DNA of 64,000 bases from Candidatus Sericytochromatia bacterium (GCA_036675505.1 JAKFEW010000043.1:3228-67227); one strand, 5' to 3'; numbered from the stretch's first letter, positions 10,245-23,898 are shown. Notes: generated from the sequence alone by a model not told the origin. Numbers and translations are program-made.

Positions 10245-11575
10245 GGCCGCCCGCCTTCCGTCCCGGACATGCCCGGCATCCCCGGCATCCCGGGACTCCC
10301 GCCGCTCGCCGCCGGCGACGCCGGGCCTCGCGGCGGGGGCGCGCCATGGCCGGCGTGGGCGCCCATGCCGCTGCCGAGCTGGCTCGCGGCGTCGAGCATG
10401 AAGCCGCCGGAGATCGCGATGGTCTCGCCTTCGGCGAGCCCCCGCTTGATCTCGTAGCCTTCGTCCGACCGGGCGCCGACGACGACGTCGCGGGGGGCAA
10501 AGCGGCCGGGCCCCTGCTGCACCCAGACGATCCGGCGCTTGCCGGTATCGAGCACGGCGTCGGCCGGCACCACGATCGCCGTGCCGCGGTCGAGCGCGAT
10601 CGTGGCCGTCACGAGCATGTCGGGCTTGAGGCGCAGGCCGGGGTTCGCCAGCTCGACGCGCACGGCGTTGGTGCGGGTCTCGGCGGCCAGCGCCGGCACC
10701 ACGAACGCCACCCGGCCGCGGAAGGTCTCCCCGGGGTAGGCCGTCGCCGCGACCTCGACCGCCAGCCCCGGCCGGAGCCCGGCGAGCTCGTACTCGTAGA
10801 CGTCGGCCTCGATCCACACGCGCGAGAGGTCGGCGATCTCGAAGAGCGGCGTGCCCTTCGCCACCCAGTCGCCGGTCTGCACCAGGCGCCGGATCACGAC
10901 GCCCGAGGCCGGGGCCAGGATCGGCACGGCGTCGAGCGGGCGCCCCCGCCGCTCGATGCCCGCGATCTGGGCGCCGGAGAGCCCCCACAGCCGCAGCCGG
11001 CGCCGGGCCGCGTCGACCAGCCGCCGGGAGTCGGCCGCGACGCCCTCGACCGGCGAGCCGGCCAGCGCGCGGGCGGACTCGAGCGCTACGAGCAGCTCCT
11101 GCTGGGTCGCGACGAGGTCCGGGCCGTAGATGTCCGCGATCGGTTCGCCGCGGCGGATGGTCGCGCCGGTCGTCGCGACGTACAGCCGCTGGATGCGGCC
11201 GTCGATCCAGGCCGTGACGCGGGTGAGGCGGGATTCGTCGTAGGTCACGCGGCCGGCCGCCGCGATCCGGGGGGCCAGGTGCCGGCGCCCGACCTTCGCG
11301 GTCGCGACGTTCGCGAGCGTCGCGCCCTGGGTGTCGAGGCTGACCACGTCGGCGGCAGGGCTCGCGGGGTGCGCGCCGTGGGCAGCCGGCCCCGCTGGGG
11401 TGGCCGGCGCGGCTCCGTGGCCTGTATGGCCTTCCTGGCCGGCCGGCGAGGCCCCCTGGCCCTCTTGGCCTTCCCGGGCCGGGCCCTCATCGCTCGCCGG
11501 CCGACAGGCGGCCAGCGTGCCCGCGAGCGCGAGCGTGAGCATGAGGAGGAGGACAGCGCCGGTGGGCCGGATCAT
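10241..11575 (-). CDS. cusB: Efflux RND periplasmic adaptor (membrane fusion protein), CusB-like
   Basis: It has a lipobox (LAGTLAAC) and a His-rich linker (HTGHGAAP..AAHGAHP). The MFP core shows GEPIADIYGPDLVATQQELL and GTPLFEIADLSRVWIEADVYE. The tail is Met-rich (GSPGMPGMPGMSG). ATGA overlaps occur at both ends. Confidence 0.85.
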   Translation of the reverse strand: MIRPTGAVLLLMLTLALAGTLAACRPASDEGPAREGQEGQGASPAGQEGHTGHGAAPATPAGPAAHGAHPASPAADVVSLDTQGATLANVATAKVGRRHLAPRIAAAGRVTYDESRLTRVTAWIDGRIQRLYVATTGATIRRGEPIADIYGPDLVATQQELLVALESARALAGSPVEGVAADSRRLVDAARRRLRLWGLSGAQIAGIERRGRPLDAVPILAPASGVVIRRLVQTGDWVAKGTPLFEIADLSRVWIEADVYEYELAGLRPGLAVEVAATAYPGETFRGRVAFVVPALAAETRTNAVRVELANPGLRLKPDMLVTATIALDRGTAIVVPADAVLDTGKRRIVWVQQGPGRFAPRDVVVGARSDEGYEIKRGLAEGETIAISGGFMLDAASQLGSGMGAHAGHGAPPPRGPASPAASGGSPGMPGMPGMSGTEGGRP

Positions 11576-12849
11576 CGGGGTTTCCCTTCCGATCGCGGGG
11601 CGGCGGGGTCAGGGCGGGTCGGCGCGTCGGCCCCGAGGATGCCACTCTCCGTCGGATCAGCGCCCGCGAGCGCGCGCGCCATGGCCGCCATCTGCCGGCG
11701 CTCGGCGATCGCCATCGCCTCGGCCATCTCGGCGTCGTAGAACGCCATCAGGGCGTCGAGCACCATCAGGAAGTCGGTCTTGTCGACCTGGTAGGCCGCG
11801 AGCGCGGCCTTGAACGTCTGGCGGGCCTGCGTGATCAGCCCGCCGCGGTAGAGCATGATCAGCCGCTCGGCCGCCGCCGCCTGGGCGTGCGCCGAGAGGA
11901 GGCGCGCCTGCAAGTCGCGCTCTGCGGCCGCCAGCGCGGCCTGCTCCGCCGCCACGCGGCGATCGGCGGCCTCGACGCGCCCGGCCTGCTTGGTCCCGAA
12001 CCAGAGCGGCACGGTCGCCATCGCCATGCCGCCCAGGTAGGGCATGTCGCCCGGCATGCTGCGCCCCGCGACGACGCCGAGATCGAGGTCGGGGATGCGC
12101 TCGGCGCGGGCGAGCGCCGCCTCGGCCTCGCCATGGGCGAGTGCGAGCCGCTTCATGCGCAGCATCGGGCTGTCCAGCCTCGCGCGCGCGGCGAGGTCGG
12201 GCGCCGGCCTAAGCGCCGGGCCCGGCTCGAGCGCGGGCACGATCGGGGCCCAGCCGGGGGCGAGCGCGGCGAGGAGCGCCATGGCCGAGCGCCGTCGGGC
12301 CTCGTACCCGAGCGGTGGCGCGAGCAGCTTCGTGCGCGCCACGTGCGCGCGCAGCACGTCCGCCTGCATGCCCCGGCCGACGGCGTATTTCGCTTCCGCC
12401 ACGCGGGCCATCTGCGCCGCGAGCTTGCGCGACGCCTCGGTCAGCGCCTCGACCCGCCCCAGGTAGGCGAGCTCCGCGAGCGTGCGCTCGCCGTCGGCGA
12501 GCAGCATGAGCTCGCGATCGGCGCGCTCGGCCTCGCGCATGTCGGCCTCGAGCGTGGCCATGCGCGCCATCAGCCCCGGCTGGCCGGCCACCGGCAGCAT
12601 CTGCCGCACGGCCGCCCGCGGTCCCTGGAGCGTCATGGCGTCCATCACCTCGACCTCGACGCGCGGGTCGGGCAGGGCCCCGGCGGGCCCCACCTTCGCG
12701 CGGGCCTCGCCGGCGCGGGCCGCGAGCGCGGCGAGCTCCGGGTTGCGGGCGCGCACGGCCTGGGCCAGGCCCTCGCTCGCCCCCCAGGCGGGCGGGCCGG
12801 CCAGCGCCATCACGGTGGCCAGGACGGTGAGCGTGGCCGGGATGCGCAA
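11572..12849 (-). CDS. cusC: TolC-family outer-membrane efflux protein, CusC-like
   Basis: It has the two-repeat TolC-like coiled-coil/barrel layout, and its stop overlaps the cusB start (ATGA). The start was set to TTG 12849 (AGGAGG 6 nt upstream), which gives the signal peptide RIPATLTVLATVMALAGPPAWG. GTG 12870 is the longest alternative. Confidence 0.78.
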   Translation of the reverse strand: MRIPATLTVLATVMALAGPPAWGASEGLAQAVRARNPELAALAARAGEARAKVGPAGALPDPRVEVEVMDAMTLQGPRAAVRQMLPVAGQPGLMARMATLEADMREAERADRELMLLADGERTLAELAYLGRVEALTEASRKLAAQMARVAEAKYAVGRGMQADVLRAHVARTKLLAPPLGYEARRRSAMALLAALAPGWAPIVPALEPGPALRPAPDLAARARLDSPMLRMKRLALAHGEAEAALARAERIPDLDLGVVAGRSMPGDMPYLGGMAMATVPLWFGTKQAGRVEAADRRVAAEQAALAAAERDLQARLLSAHAQAAAAERLIMLYRGGLITQARQTFKAALAAYQVDKTDFLMVLDALMAFYDAEMAEAMAIAERRQMAAMARALAGADPTESGILGADAPTRPDPAAPRSEGKPR

Positions 12850-13047
12850 GGTCGTCCTCCTAAGAGACACCGTAGGATGGCGGCCGCGCTCCCGGCACCC
12901 GTAGGAAACCCGGATCGACCGCCTCCTCGCTCCGGTTCGCGTTTCCGATCTCGACGCGTAAATCGAAGGTACGATGCGACATAGGAGAACGAAAGGGACG
13001 CCTGCCGCCGCCCGGCCGACGCCCGAGCCCAGGGCTACCGGGCTGCC

Positions 13048-13692
13048 TCAGGGCGCCGCACCCAGATGCCGCTCCAGGGCCGGGGCGACATGGTGGCGAC
13101 AGCAGGGCGGCAGCTCCGCCCGCAACGCCTCGAGCGCCCGCGCCGCCTTGCTGAGGAAGTCCTCCGCCGCGTCGATGACGTACCGGCGCGGATGGCCCTT
13201 CCAGGCCCGGGCGATGCCCTCGTCGAGCGCGGCCGCCTCGGCCGCCGTCTCGATCCGCAGCGGGTTGCTGCGGTCGTAGCCGCCTTCCTCCCTGGGGGTC
13301 CGCAGGTGGATGACGGCGTCGTAGCGCGCGAGCTGCTCGGGCAGGGTCGTGCCGACGGCGGACCACAGCTCCTCCGGCCCCGGCCAATAGGCCGCGCCGT
13401 CGACGGTGCCGCGATCGCACAGCACGATCGCCGCGTCGCCCGCAACGCACGTCGCCTCGAGCTCGCGCTGGGTGTAGAAGATCGCCCGCTGGCCCGCCCG
13501 CCGGACGGCCAGGCCGCCGTCGCGTGGGAAGCCGCCGCTGAACAGGATTCCCGCGGCTTCCGGGAGGATCGCGACGTGCCGACAGAAGTACTGGCGGATG
13601 AGTTCCAGGGTCGCGGTCTTCCCAGCGCCCGGCCCGCCGGTCAGGACGACCCGGTGCACCCGATGGGGGATTCGGCACTCACAGGGAATCAT
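13048..13692 (-). CDS. P-loop ATPase, AAA_28/NadR-kinase-like
   Basis: ORF 13048..13854 was trimmed to ATG 13692, which has GGAGG upstream. It has the Walker A LTGGPGAGKT, and VLCDRG is Walker B-like. Confidence 0.7.
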   Translation of the reverse strand: MIPCECRIPHRVHRVVLTGGPGAGKTATLELIRQYFCRHVAILPEAAGILFSGGFPRDGGLAVRRAGQRAIFYTQRELEATCVAGDAAIVLCDRGTVDGAAYWPGPEELWSAVGTTLPEQLARYDAVIHLRTPREEGGYDRSNPLRIETAAEAAALDEGIARAWKGHPRRYVIDAAEDFLSKAARALEALRAELPPCCRHHVAPALERHLGAAP

Positions 13693-13973
13693 GGAGCCTC
13701 CTCCCGGATGTAGGCAGCGGGGTGATGCTACCAGCATGCCATCGCCAAACGCGCCGATGGCACCGCGGAAACCACCGCGGCGGCGCCTCCCATTCTGGCG
13801 CCGGCGCGCGGGAATCCGAACCGGCGACCGAGGGGCGCCGGACAGCATGAACATGGCCTCCTTGGAACGTGACGCGTACGAAGCTTTACCGTAGGCTGGT
13901 CGGCGTCCGTCGAATTTGGTGGCAGGGTGCTGAAACCGGGGGGCCGCTCGGCTCGCCGGGTAGGGAGGCCCAT

Positions 13974-16391
13974 ATGGGTAGATTCGTCCGCTTCTTCCGG
14001 GAAATCGGTCGACGGGACGTGCCGCTGGTCGGCGGCAAGAACGCCTCCCTCGGCGAGATGTTCCTCGCGCTGACGCCCCGCGGCGTCAACGTGCCCGACG
14101 GCTTCGCCGTGACCGCCGAGGCCTACCGCCACGTGCTCGATGCCGCCTCGGCGTGGGGGCCCCTCCGCTCGGCGCTGGCCGGCCTCGACCCCGGCGACGT
14201 CGACAATCTCGCGCGGCGAGGGGCGCAGGCGCGGGCGATCATCCAGGACGCCCCGCTGCCCGCGGATCTCGAGGCCGAGATCCGCGAAGGGTACCGCGCG
14301 CTCGAGGCCGCGTACGGCCGCGGCGTGGGGGTCGCCGTGCGTAGCTCGGCGACCGCCGAAGACCTGCCGGCCGCGAGCTTCGCCGGCCAGCACGAGACCT
14401 TCCTCAACATTCGGGGCGAGGAGGCGCTCATCGACGCCTACCGCCGATGCCTCGCGAGCCTCTTCACCGACCGGGCGATCCACTACCGGCTCGACCAGGG
14501 CTTCGACCACTTCCAGGCCGCGCTCTCCGTCGGCGTCATGAAGATGGTGCGGGCGGACCTGGCGGCGAGCGGCGTCATGTTCACGCTGGACACCGAGACG
14601 GGCTTCCCGGACGTCGTCTTCCTCACGGCCGGCTACGGGCTCGGCGAAAACGTCGTCAAGGGCGCGATCGACCCTGACGAGTTCTACGTACACAAGCCGA
14701 CCTACGAGCTGGGGCACCGAACCGTCTTGCGACGCCGGCTCGGCGGCAAGGCCCTCACGATGATCTACGCCGAGGCCGGCGAGACGACGACGCGCAACGT
14801 CCCGACCGAGCCGGCCGCGCGGGAGCGCTTCTGCCTGACCGACGACGAGGTGCTGACGCTCGCCGGCTGGGCCATCGAGGTCGAGCGGCACTACGGCCGG
14901 CCGATGGACATCGAGTGGGCCAAGGACGGGGAGGACGGCCGGCTCTACCTCGTCCAGGCACGGCCGGAGACGGTCGTCTCGCGCCGACGGGCCGACATGC
15001 TCGAGACCTTCGAGCTTCACGGCACCGCGGAGGTGCTGGCGACGGGCCGCGCCGTCGGCGAGCGGATCGCCGCCGGCCGCGCGCGCTACGTCTGCGACGT
15101 CAAGGAGCTGGGCGCGCTGCGACCGGGCGAGATCCTCGTCGCGGAGAACACCACGCCGGACTGGGAACCGATCATGAAGACGGCCGCGGCGATCGTGACC
15201 GAGCGAGGCGGCCGCACCTGTCACGCGGCGATCGTCGCGCGGGAGCTCGGCATCCCGGCGATCGTGGGCGTGGGTGAGGCCACCTGGAACATCCCCGACG
15301 GCGCGCCGATCACCGTCTCGTGCGCGGAGGGCGAGGTCGGCAAGGTCTACCGCGGGTCGGTGCCGTTCGAGGTCCATCGGACGGACCTCGCGGCGTTGCC
15401 GCGCCCGGCGACGGCCATCCAGATCAACCTGGGCAATCCGGACCTGGCCTTCAAGGCGAGCTTCCTGCCGAACGACGGCGTGGGGCTCGCGCGCATGGAG
15501 TTCATCATCTCCGAGTCCATCCGGATCCACCCGATGGCGCTCGTCCACCCCGATCGGGTCGCCGATGCCGACGATCGCGCCGCGATCGCGCGACTGACCC
15601 GCGGCTACGCCGATCCCGCGGCCTTCTTCGTCGAGCGGCTGGCGGAAGGCATCGGCACGATCGCCGCAGCCTTCTGGCCCAAGCCGGTCGTCGTGCGCAT
15701 GTCGGACTTCAAGTCGAACGAGTACGCCCGGCTCCTGGGTGGGCGGGCCTTCGAACCGCGGGAGGAGAACCCGATGTTGGGCTTCCGCGGGGCCTCGCGC
15801 TACGCGCACCCCGCGTACGCCGACGGCTTCGCGCTGGAGTGCCGGGCGATGAGCCGCGTGCGCGAGGCGATGGGCCTCACCAACGTCCGGCTGATGATCC
15901 CTTTCTGCCGGCGGATCGACGAGGCGGCGCGCGTGATCGCGCGGATGAACGAGCTGGGCCTGCGGCGCGGCGAGCGCGGGCTCGAGATCTACGTGATGTG
16001 CGAGATCCCCAACAACGTCGTCCTGATCGACGATTTCGCCCGGCTGTTCGACGGCTTCTCGATCGGTTCGAACGACCTCACGCAGCTCGCCCTGGGCGTC
16101 GACCGGGATTCGGCGATCGTGGCGTTCGACTTCGACGAGCGCGACCCCGGCGTGAAGGCCCTGATCCGCCAGGCGGTGGCGGGCGCGCACCGCAACGGCC
16201 GCCATGTGGGGCTGTGCGGCCAGGCTCCCTCCGATTACCCCGAGATGGCGGCTTACCTCGTCGAGCTGGGCATCGACGCCATCAGCGTCAACCCGGACGC
16301 CGTGCTCAGGACCACCCTGCGCGTGCTCGAGGTCGAGAAGGCCCTCGGCCGGAGCGCCCTGAGCGAGGACGCGCGAGCCGGGCTCGCCTGA
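13974..16391 (+). CDS. ppsA: Phosphoenolpyruvate synthase (pyruvate, water dikinase)
   Basis: The start is ATG 13974 with GGGAGG upstream. The N-terminus reads MGRFVRFFREIGRRDVPLVGGKNASLGEM. The swivel phospho-His motif is TERGGRTCHAAIVARELGIPA. The C-terminal PEP-utiliser barrel shows SIGSNDLTQL. Confidence 0.92.
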   Translation: MGRFVRFFREIGRRDVPLVGGKNASLGEMFLALTPRGVNVPDGFAVTAEAYRHVLDAASAWGPLRSALAGLDPGDVDNLARRGAQARAIIQDAPLPADLEAEIREGYRALEAAYGRGVGVAVRSSATAEDLPAASFAGQHETFLNIRGEEALIDAYRRCLASLFTDRAIHYRLDQGFDHFQAALSVGVMKMVRADLAASGVMFTLDTETGFPDVVFLTAGYGLGENVVKGAIDPDEFYVHKPTYELGHRTVLRRRLGGKALTMIYAEAGETTTRNVPTEPAARERFCLTDDEVLTLAGWAIEVERHYGRPMDIEWAKDGEDGRLYLVQARPETVVSRRRADMLETFELHGTAEVLATGRAVGERIAAGRARYVCDVKELGALRPGEILVAENTTPDWEPIMKTAAAIVTERGGRTCHAAIVARELGIPAIVGVGEATWNIPDGAPITVSCAEGEVGKVYRGSVPFEVHRTDLAALPRPATAIQINLGNPDLAFKASFLPNDGVGLARMEFIISESIRIHPMALVHPDRVADADDRAAIARLTRGYADPAAFFVERLAEGIGTIAAAFWPKPVVVRMSDFKSNEYARLLGGRAFEPREENPMLGFRGASRYAHPAYADGFALECRAMSRVREAMGLTNVRLMIPFCRRIDEAARVIARMNELGLRRGERGLEIYVMCEIPNNVVLIDDFARLFDGFSIGSNDLTQLALGVDRDSAIVAFDFDERDPGVKALIRQAVAGAHRNGRHVGLCGQAPSDYPEMAAYLVELGIDAISVNPDAVLRTTLRVLEVEKALGRSALSEDARAGLA

Positions 16392-16509
16392 AGACGTCGC
16401 GGCGGCTAAAATTCAGGCGTCAAGCCGGTTCCAGGCGACTTGACGACCCAAGCGGGCGAGCGCGGCCTCGTCCGCGAGCGCGCGGTCCGGGGCGAGCAGG
16501 CAGGCGGGG

Positions 16510-16950
16510 TCAAGCATGGACGGCTTCCACGGCCCGGATGTCGGCAGCCCACGGGTCGAAGTCGATGTTCGCGTCGCGCTCCACCACCAGCGTCAGGCCT
16601 TCGAGCCCGCCGCGCTCGCGCTCGAAGGTCCGCAGGAAAGCGAGCGTATCCTCGGCGATCGGCGAGTCATGGGAGTCGATGACGAGCGCCGGCTCGCCCT
16701 CCGTCCGCCGGTAGCCGGCGATGTGGAAATGGGGCATGGCGCGGACGACCGGGAGCCAGCGAAGGGCTGGGTAGCCCGTGTTGAGCTCGGCGACCACGGC
16801 GTTGCTCAAATCGAAGAGGACGCCGCAGCCCGTGTCGGCGACCAGCCGCGCGTAGAAGTCCGCCTGGTCGTTGCCGCCGCCCAACACGGACGGGAAGTTC
16901 TCGACGTGGAGACGCTCGCCGAGCCGCTCCTGCCAGGCCGCATGGGTTCG
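16510..16950 (-). pseudogene. Truncated DUF692/MNIO-family (MbnB/TglH/BufB-like) gene; only the C-terminal half remains
   Basis: The translation ...AWQERLGERLHVENFPSVLGGGNDQADFYARLVADTGCGVLFDLSNAVVAELNTGY...HFHIAGY...LVIDSHDSPIAED...LVVERDANI matches the distal half of DUF692 TIM barrels. The frame is open only back to a TGA at 17035-17037. The residues upstream of about 16945 are Pro/Arg junk, and the first start codon is GTG 16887. The roughly 140 N-terminal residues cannot fit before the neighbouring gene, which ends at 17056. Confidence 0.6.
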
Positions 16951-17055
16951 GCTCCTTGGGGGCCGCGGGCGAGCCGCGGGGGTGGGGAAGGGGAAGGACG
17001 GTGGCCGAGGGCGAGACCGGTGCAGCGCCTCGGTTCATTTGACGTTAAGGGCCCG

Positions 17056-17649
17056 TCAGATGACGTTGAAGGCCAGGTGGACCTTGTCTTCGGTCGCGCC
17101 GTCCTTGATCTTGGCGGTCACGAGCCAGGTCCCGGCCATCGGCCAGGCGAGCGGCTCGAGCTTGTAGCCGCCGTCAGGACTGGCGGCCACGGGCATGCCG
17201 TTCGGGTCCAGCCCATGCCCGGAGCCCATCTGCGAGTGGACGAAGACCAACGCGACGGTGGCGTTCTTGATCTCGCTGGCGCTGGCGGCGTCGTAGATGC
17301 GAAGGACGAGGCCGCCCTTGGGCTCGGCGGAGTCGGGCTTGCCCTTCGGGCTCTCGAGCGTCACCCGGTACTTGCCCGCGGCCGACCTGGCTTCGATCGC
17401 CTTCACGCCGGCCTCCTGGACCGGGACGCAGATCCCGGAGCCGGCGCTCGCGCCGCCGCTACCGACCACACTCGCCTTGCCGGTGGCGTCGACGAGCAGC
17501 GCGGGCGCGGCACAGGCGGAGCCGGTCGCCGGGCCACCCGCCGCGGGCGAAGGCGAAGTAATCGCGGTCGAGGCGGGCGGTGCACCCGCCGGCGCGCCTT
17601 GGCAGGCCGTGAGCGCCAGGAAGGTGAGGAGCGAAAGTCGTTTCAGCAT
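17056..17649 (-). CDS. Lipoprotein with C-terminal FixH/YtkA-like domain
   Basis: ORF 17056..17715 was trimmed to ATG 17649. It has a lipobox (LALTAC). The C-terminal half (GKYRVTLESP...LRIYDAASASEIKNATVALVFVHSQMGSGH...GGYKLEPLAWPMAGTWLVTAKIKDG) follows the YtkA/FixH pattern often seen in copper loci. Confidence 0.7.
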   Translation of the reverse strand: MLKRLSLLTFLALTACQGAPAGAPPASTAITSPSPAAGGPATGSACAAPALLVDATGKASVVGSGGASAGSGICVPVQEAGVKAIEARSAAGKYRVTLESPKGKPDSAEPKGGLVLRIYDAASASEIKNATVALVFVHSQMGSGHGLDPNGMPVAASPDGGYKLEPLAWPMAGTWLVTAKIKDGATEDKVHLAFNVI

Positions 17650-17706
17650 CGTCGGGTAGGTCTCCGAAGGCGTGGGCTGGCGAGCAGCCCGGTAACGGGC
17701 TGACGC

Positions 17707-17738
17707 ATCATACACCTTGCCGCATGCGGCAAGGTCAA
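17707..17738 (-). promoter_or_regulatory. MerR/CueR-type promoter for the FixH-like lipoprotein gene
   Basis: The minus strand reads TTGACC-20 nt-TATGAT. The spacer contains the perfect 22-bp palindrome ACCTTGCCGCATGCGGCAAGGT (17714..17735). The overlong spacer plus a dyad between -35 and -10 is the MerR-class hallmark. Confidence 0.55.
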
Positions 17739-17792
17739 GCCGATTCCCGGTGAGACAAGCGGGTTCGGCGCGAGTTTTCTTCGTCGAGGGGC

Positions 17793-17824
17793 TTGACCTT
17801 GCCCCGGACAGGAAGGTTTAAGCT
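17793..17824 (+). promoter_or_regulatory. MerR/CueR-type promoter upstream of copA
   Basis: The sequence is CTTGACCTTGCCCCGGACAGGAAGGTTTAAGCT. The -35 is TTGACC (17793-17798), followed by a 20-nt spacer holding the dyad ACCTTGC..GGAAGGT, and the -10 is TAAGCT (17819-17824). As I recall it, this is very close to the E. coli PcopA CueR operator layout (ACCTTCC-N7-GGAAGGT). Confidence 0.65.
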
Positions 17825-17881
17825 GGGGGTTGGAACCAAAACATGTCCGTCCGGCGCCCTGGCCGGCGACAGGAGCTAACG

Positions 17882-20119
<2,238 letters not shown>

Positions 20120-20147
20120 CGATCCCGGTCATCCGGAGGAAGATCCC

Positions 20148-21472
20148 ATGTCTTTCCGAGCCCCCGAAACCTGGATCGTCCCGGCCGCCTTCGCGGCGGG
20201 CGTGGCGCTCGCGCCGGCGCCGGCCGTGGCGCAAGACCACGAGCATCACCAGCCGCAGCCAACGGCGCCCATGCACACAGGCCACGCGGGGATGGCCGAT
20301 CCGCTGATGGCCCGCGCCCGGGCGATGGGCTCGGGCACGAGCTGGGTGCCGGCCGTGAGCCCCATGCGGATGTGGTCCTGGCGGCCTGGCGACTGGCTCT
20401 GGATGCTCCACGGCGACGCCGTGCCCGGCTACAACCAGCAGGGCGGGCCGCTCGGCGCGCGCGCCTGGACCGGCGAGAACTGGGCGATGCTGATGGGCAC
20501 GCGCTACTGGGGCCCGGGCATCCTCGACCTGCGCGCCATGAGCAGCCTGGAGCCCTGGACGCTGCCGCCCGGCGGCACGCCCCAGCTCTTCCAGACCGGC
20601 GAGGCCTACCAGGGCCGCCCGCTCGTCAACCAGCAGCACCCCCACGACCTCTTCATGGAGCTGGGCGGTCGCTACACCTGGAACCTGACCGACGCCACCA
20701 GCCTTTTCCTGTACGGCGGCCTGCCCGGTGAGCCGGCGCTCGGCCCGCCGGCCTTCATGCACAGGCCCTCCGCGGCCGACAACCACTGGGCGACCCTCGG
20801 CCACCACCTGCAGGACTCCTCGCACATCGCCTACGGCGTGCTCACCACCGGCGCGCGCGTGGGGCCGCTGCAGCTCGAAGGCTCGGTCTTCAACGGCCGC
20901 GAGCCGGACGAGAACCGCGCCGACATCGAGCTGCGGCCGCTCAGCTCCTGGTCGGGCCGCGTCTCGTGGATCCCCGGCCCGAACTGGGTCCTCCAGACCT
21001 CGACCGGCCGGCTCGTGGGCCCCGAGGCGCTCGAGCCTGGCGACATCCAGCGCACCACGGCCTCGCTGACCAACGTGCAGGAGCACCCCTGGGGCTGGTG
21101 GTCGACCAGCTTCGTCTGGGGCCAGAACGTCGAGCTCCACGCCGACCCCCGCACGCTGCAGAGCTACGCGCTCGAGAGCCAGCTCGATCGCGGTCGGGAC
21201 CACCTGTACGGCCGCTTCGAGCTGGTCGACAAGGTCGGGCTGCCGCTCGGCGGGGCCGACGCCCACGGCCTGAACCGGGTCGGCGCGCTGACGCTGGGCC
21301 TGGCGCGCGACGTGGACTGGTCCGACGCGCTCGACCTCGCCGTCGGCGCCGACGCCACGGCCTACTCGCTCGACCACGACGTGCAGGAGAGTTACGGCTT
21401 CAACCCCGTCTCGTTCCGCGTATACCTGCGCCTGCGGCCGCCCACGATGACGCATGCGGCGCCCCAGGCGCC

Positions 21473-21476
<4 letters not shown>
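20148..21476 (+). CDS. Uncharacterised secreted protein with His/Met-rich N-terminus; putative outer-membrane or periplasmic metal-handling protein
   Basis: The RBS is strong (GGAGGAAGATCCC-ATG). It has a signal peptide (AAFAAGVALAPAPAVA) followed by QDHEHHQPQPTAPMHTGHAGMADPLM. His-containing motifs recur (QQHPHD, NHWATLGHHLQDSSH). Alternating beta-like segments run towards the C-terminus. Its stop overlaps the copB GTG (GTGA). Confidence 0.7.
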
Positions 21477-23455
<1,979 letters not shown>

Positions 23456-23539
23456 CCTTCCCCTGCGGTGCTTGACAACAAGTCGGCATCCCGGCCGTCC
23501 TGGCGCCCTTCGACGGCGACCAGCCAATGTCTGGCCAAG

Positions 23540-23728
23540 ATTGCCCCCGCCCGGGCCGAGCGGGAGAGCCGGTGGGCCGGCGGCACCGGCCTCGGGCTCG
23601 CCAGCTGCAAGGCGCTCGTCGAGGCCCATGGCGGCAAGAGCGGGGGCTTGAGTCGTGAAGGTGCAGGCGCGACCTTCCGGTTCAAACTGCCCGTGGAGCA
23701 CGAGACCTGCCAGGCGACCGAAGGATAG
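23540..23728 (+). pseudogene. Orphan C-terminal fragment of a histidine-kinase ATPase domain
   Basis: Only the G2-box end is present ([39 protein letters not shown]). There is no H-box or N-box upstream, because copB ends at 23455. Confidence 0.5.
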
Positions 23729-23898
23729 GACCGCTCAACGTCGCTGATGGGTGTGGCGTCCCAGCGCGGGGCCGAGCCGTCGCCGGACGGCATGCGGCAG
23801 CCCGCACTTGAGCGCCTCGAGCGCTTCCGCGACCTCGGCGATGAAGGCCAAGGTGGAGTTGAAGATCGTGCCCGGCTCGAAGGTGGCGGCCCCTTGCC

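Noticed and set aside
10262-10300. A short nucleotide repeat (ggcatccccggcatccccggcatcccggg) on the plus strand.
   Set aside because: It is the reverse complement of the codons for the PGMPGMPGM Met-rich tail of CusB. It is coding low-complexity sequence, not a regulatory repeat.
13728-16205. Very long antisense or alternative-frame ORFs. Examples are 13728..16205(-), 6549..9680(+), 43428..46286(-), 52182..55796(+), 21392..23701(-) and 2807..4066(+).
   Set aside because: Their translations are Arg/Gly/Asp/His/Pro low-complexity strings with no family motifs. The opposite strand or frame carries unmistakable ppsA, cusA, kinase and ATPase signatures. Such shadow ORFs are expected in stop-codon-poor high-GC DNA.
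16418-16445. A 7-bp stem (CGTCAAG/CTTGACG) with a 14-nt loop between ppsA and the DUF692 remnant, considered as a terminator.
   Set aside because: The stem is short, the loop is large and there is no T-run. This is too weak to call.
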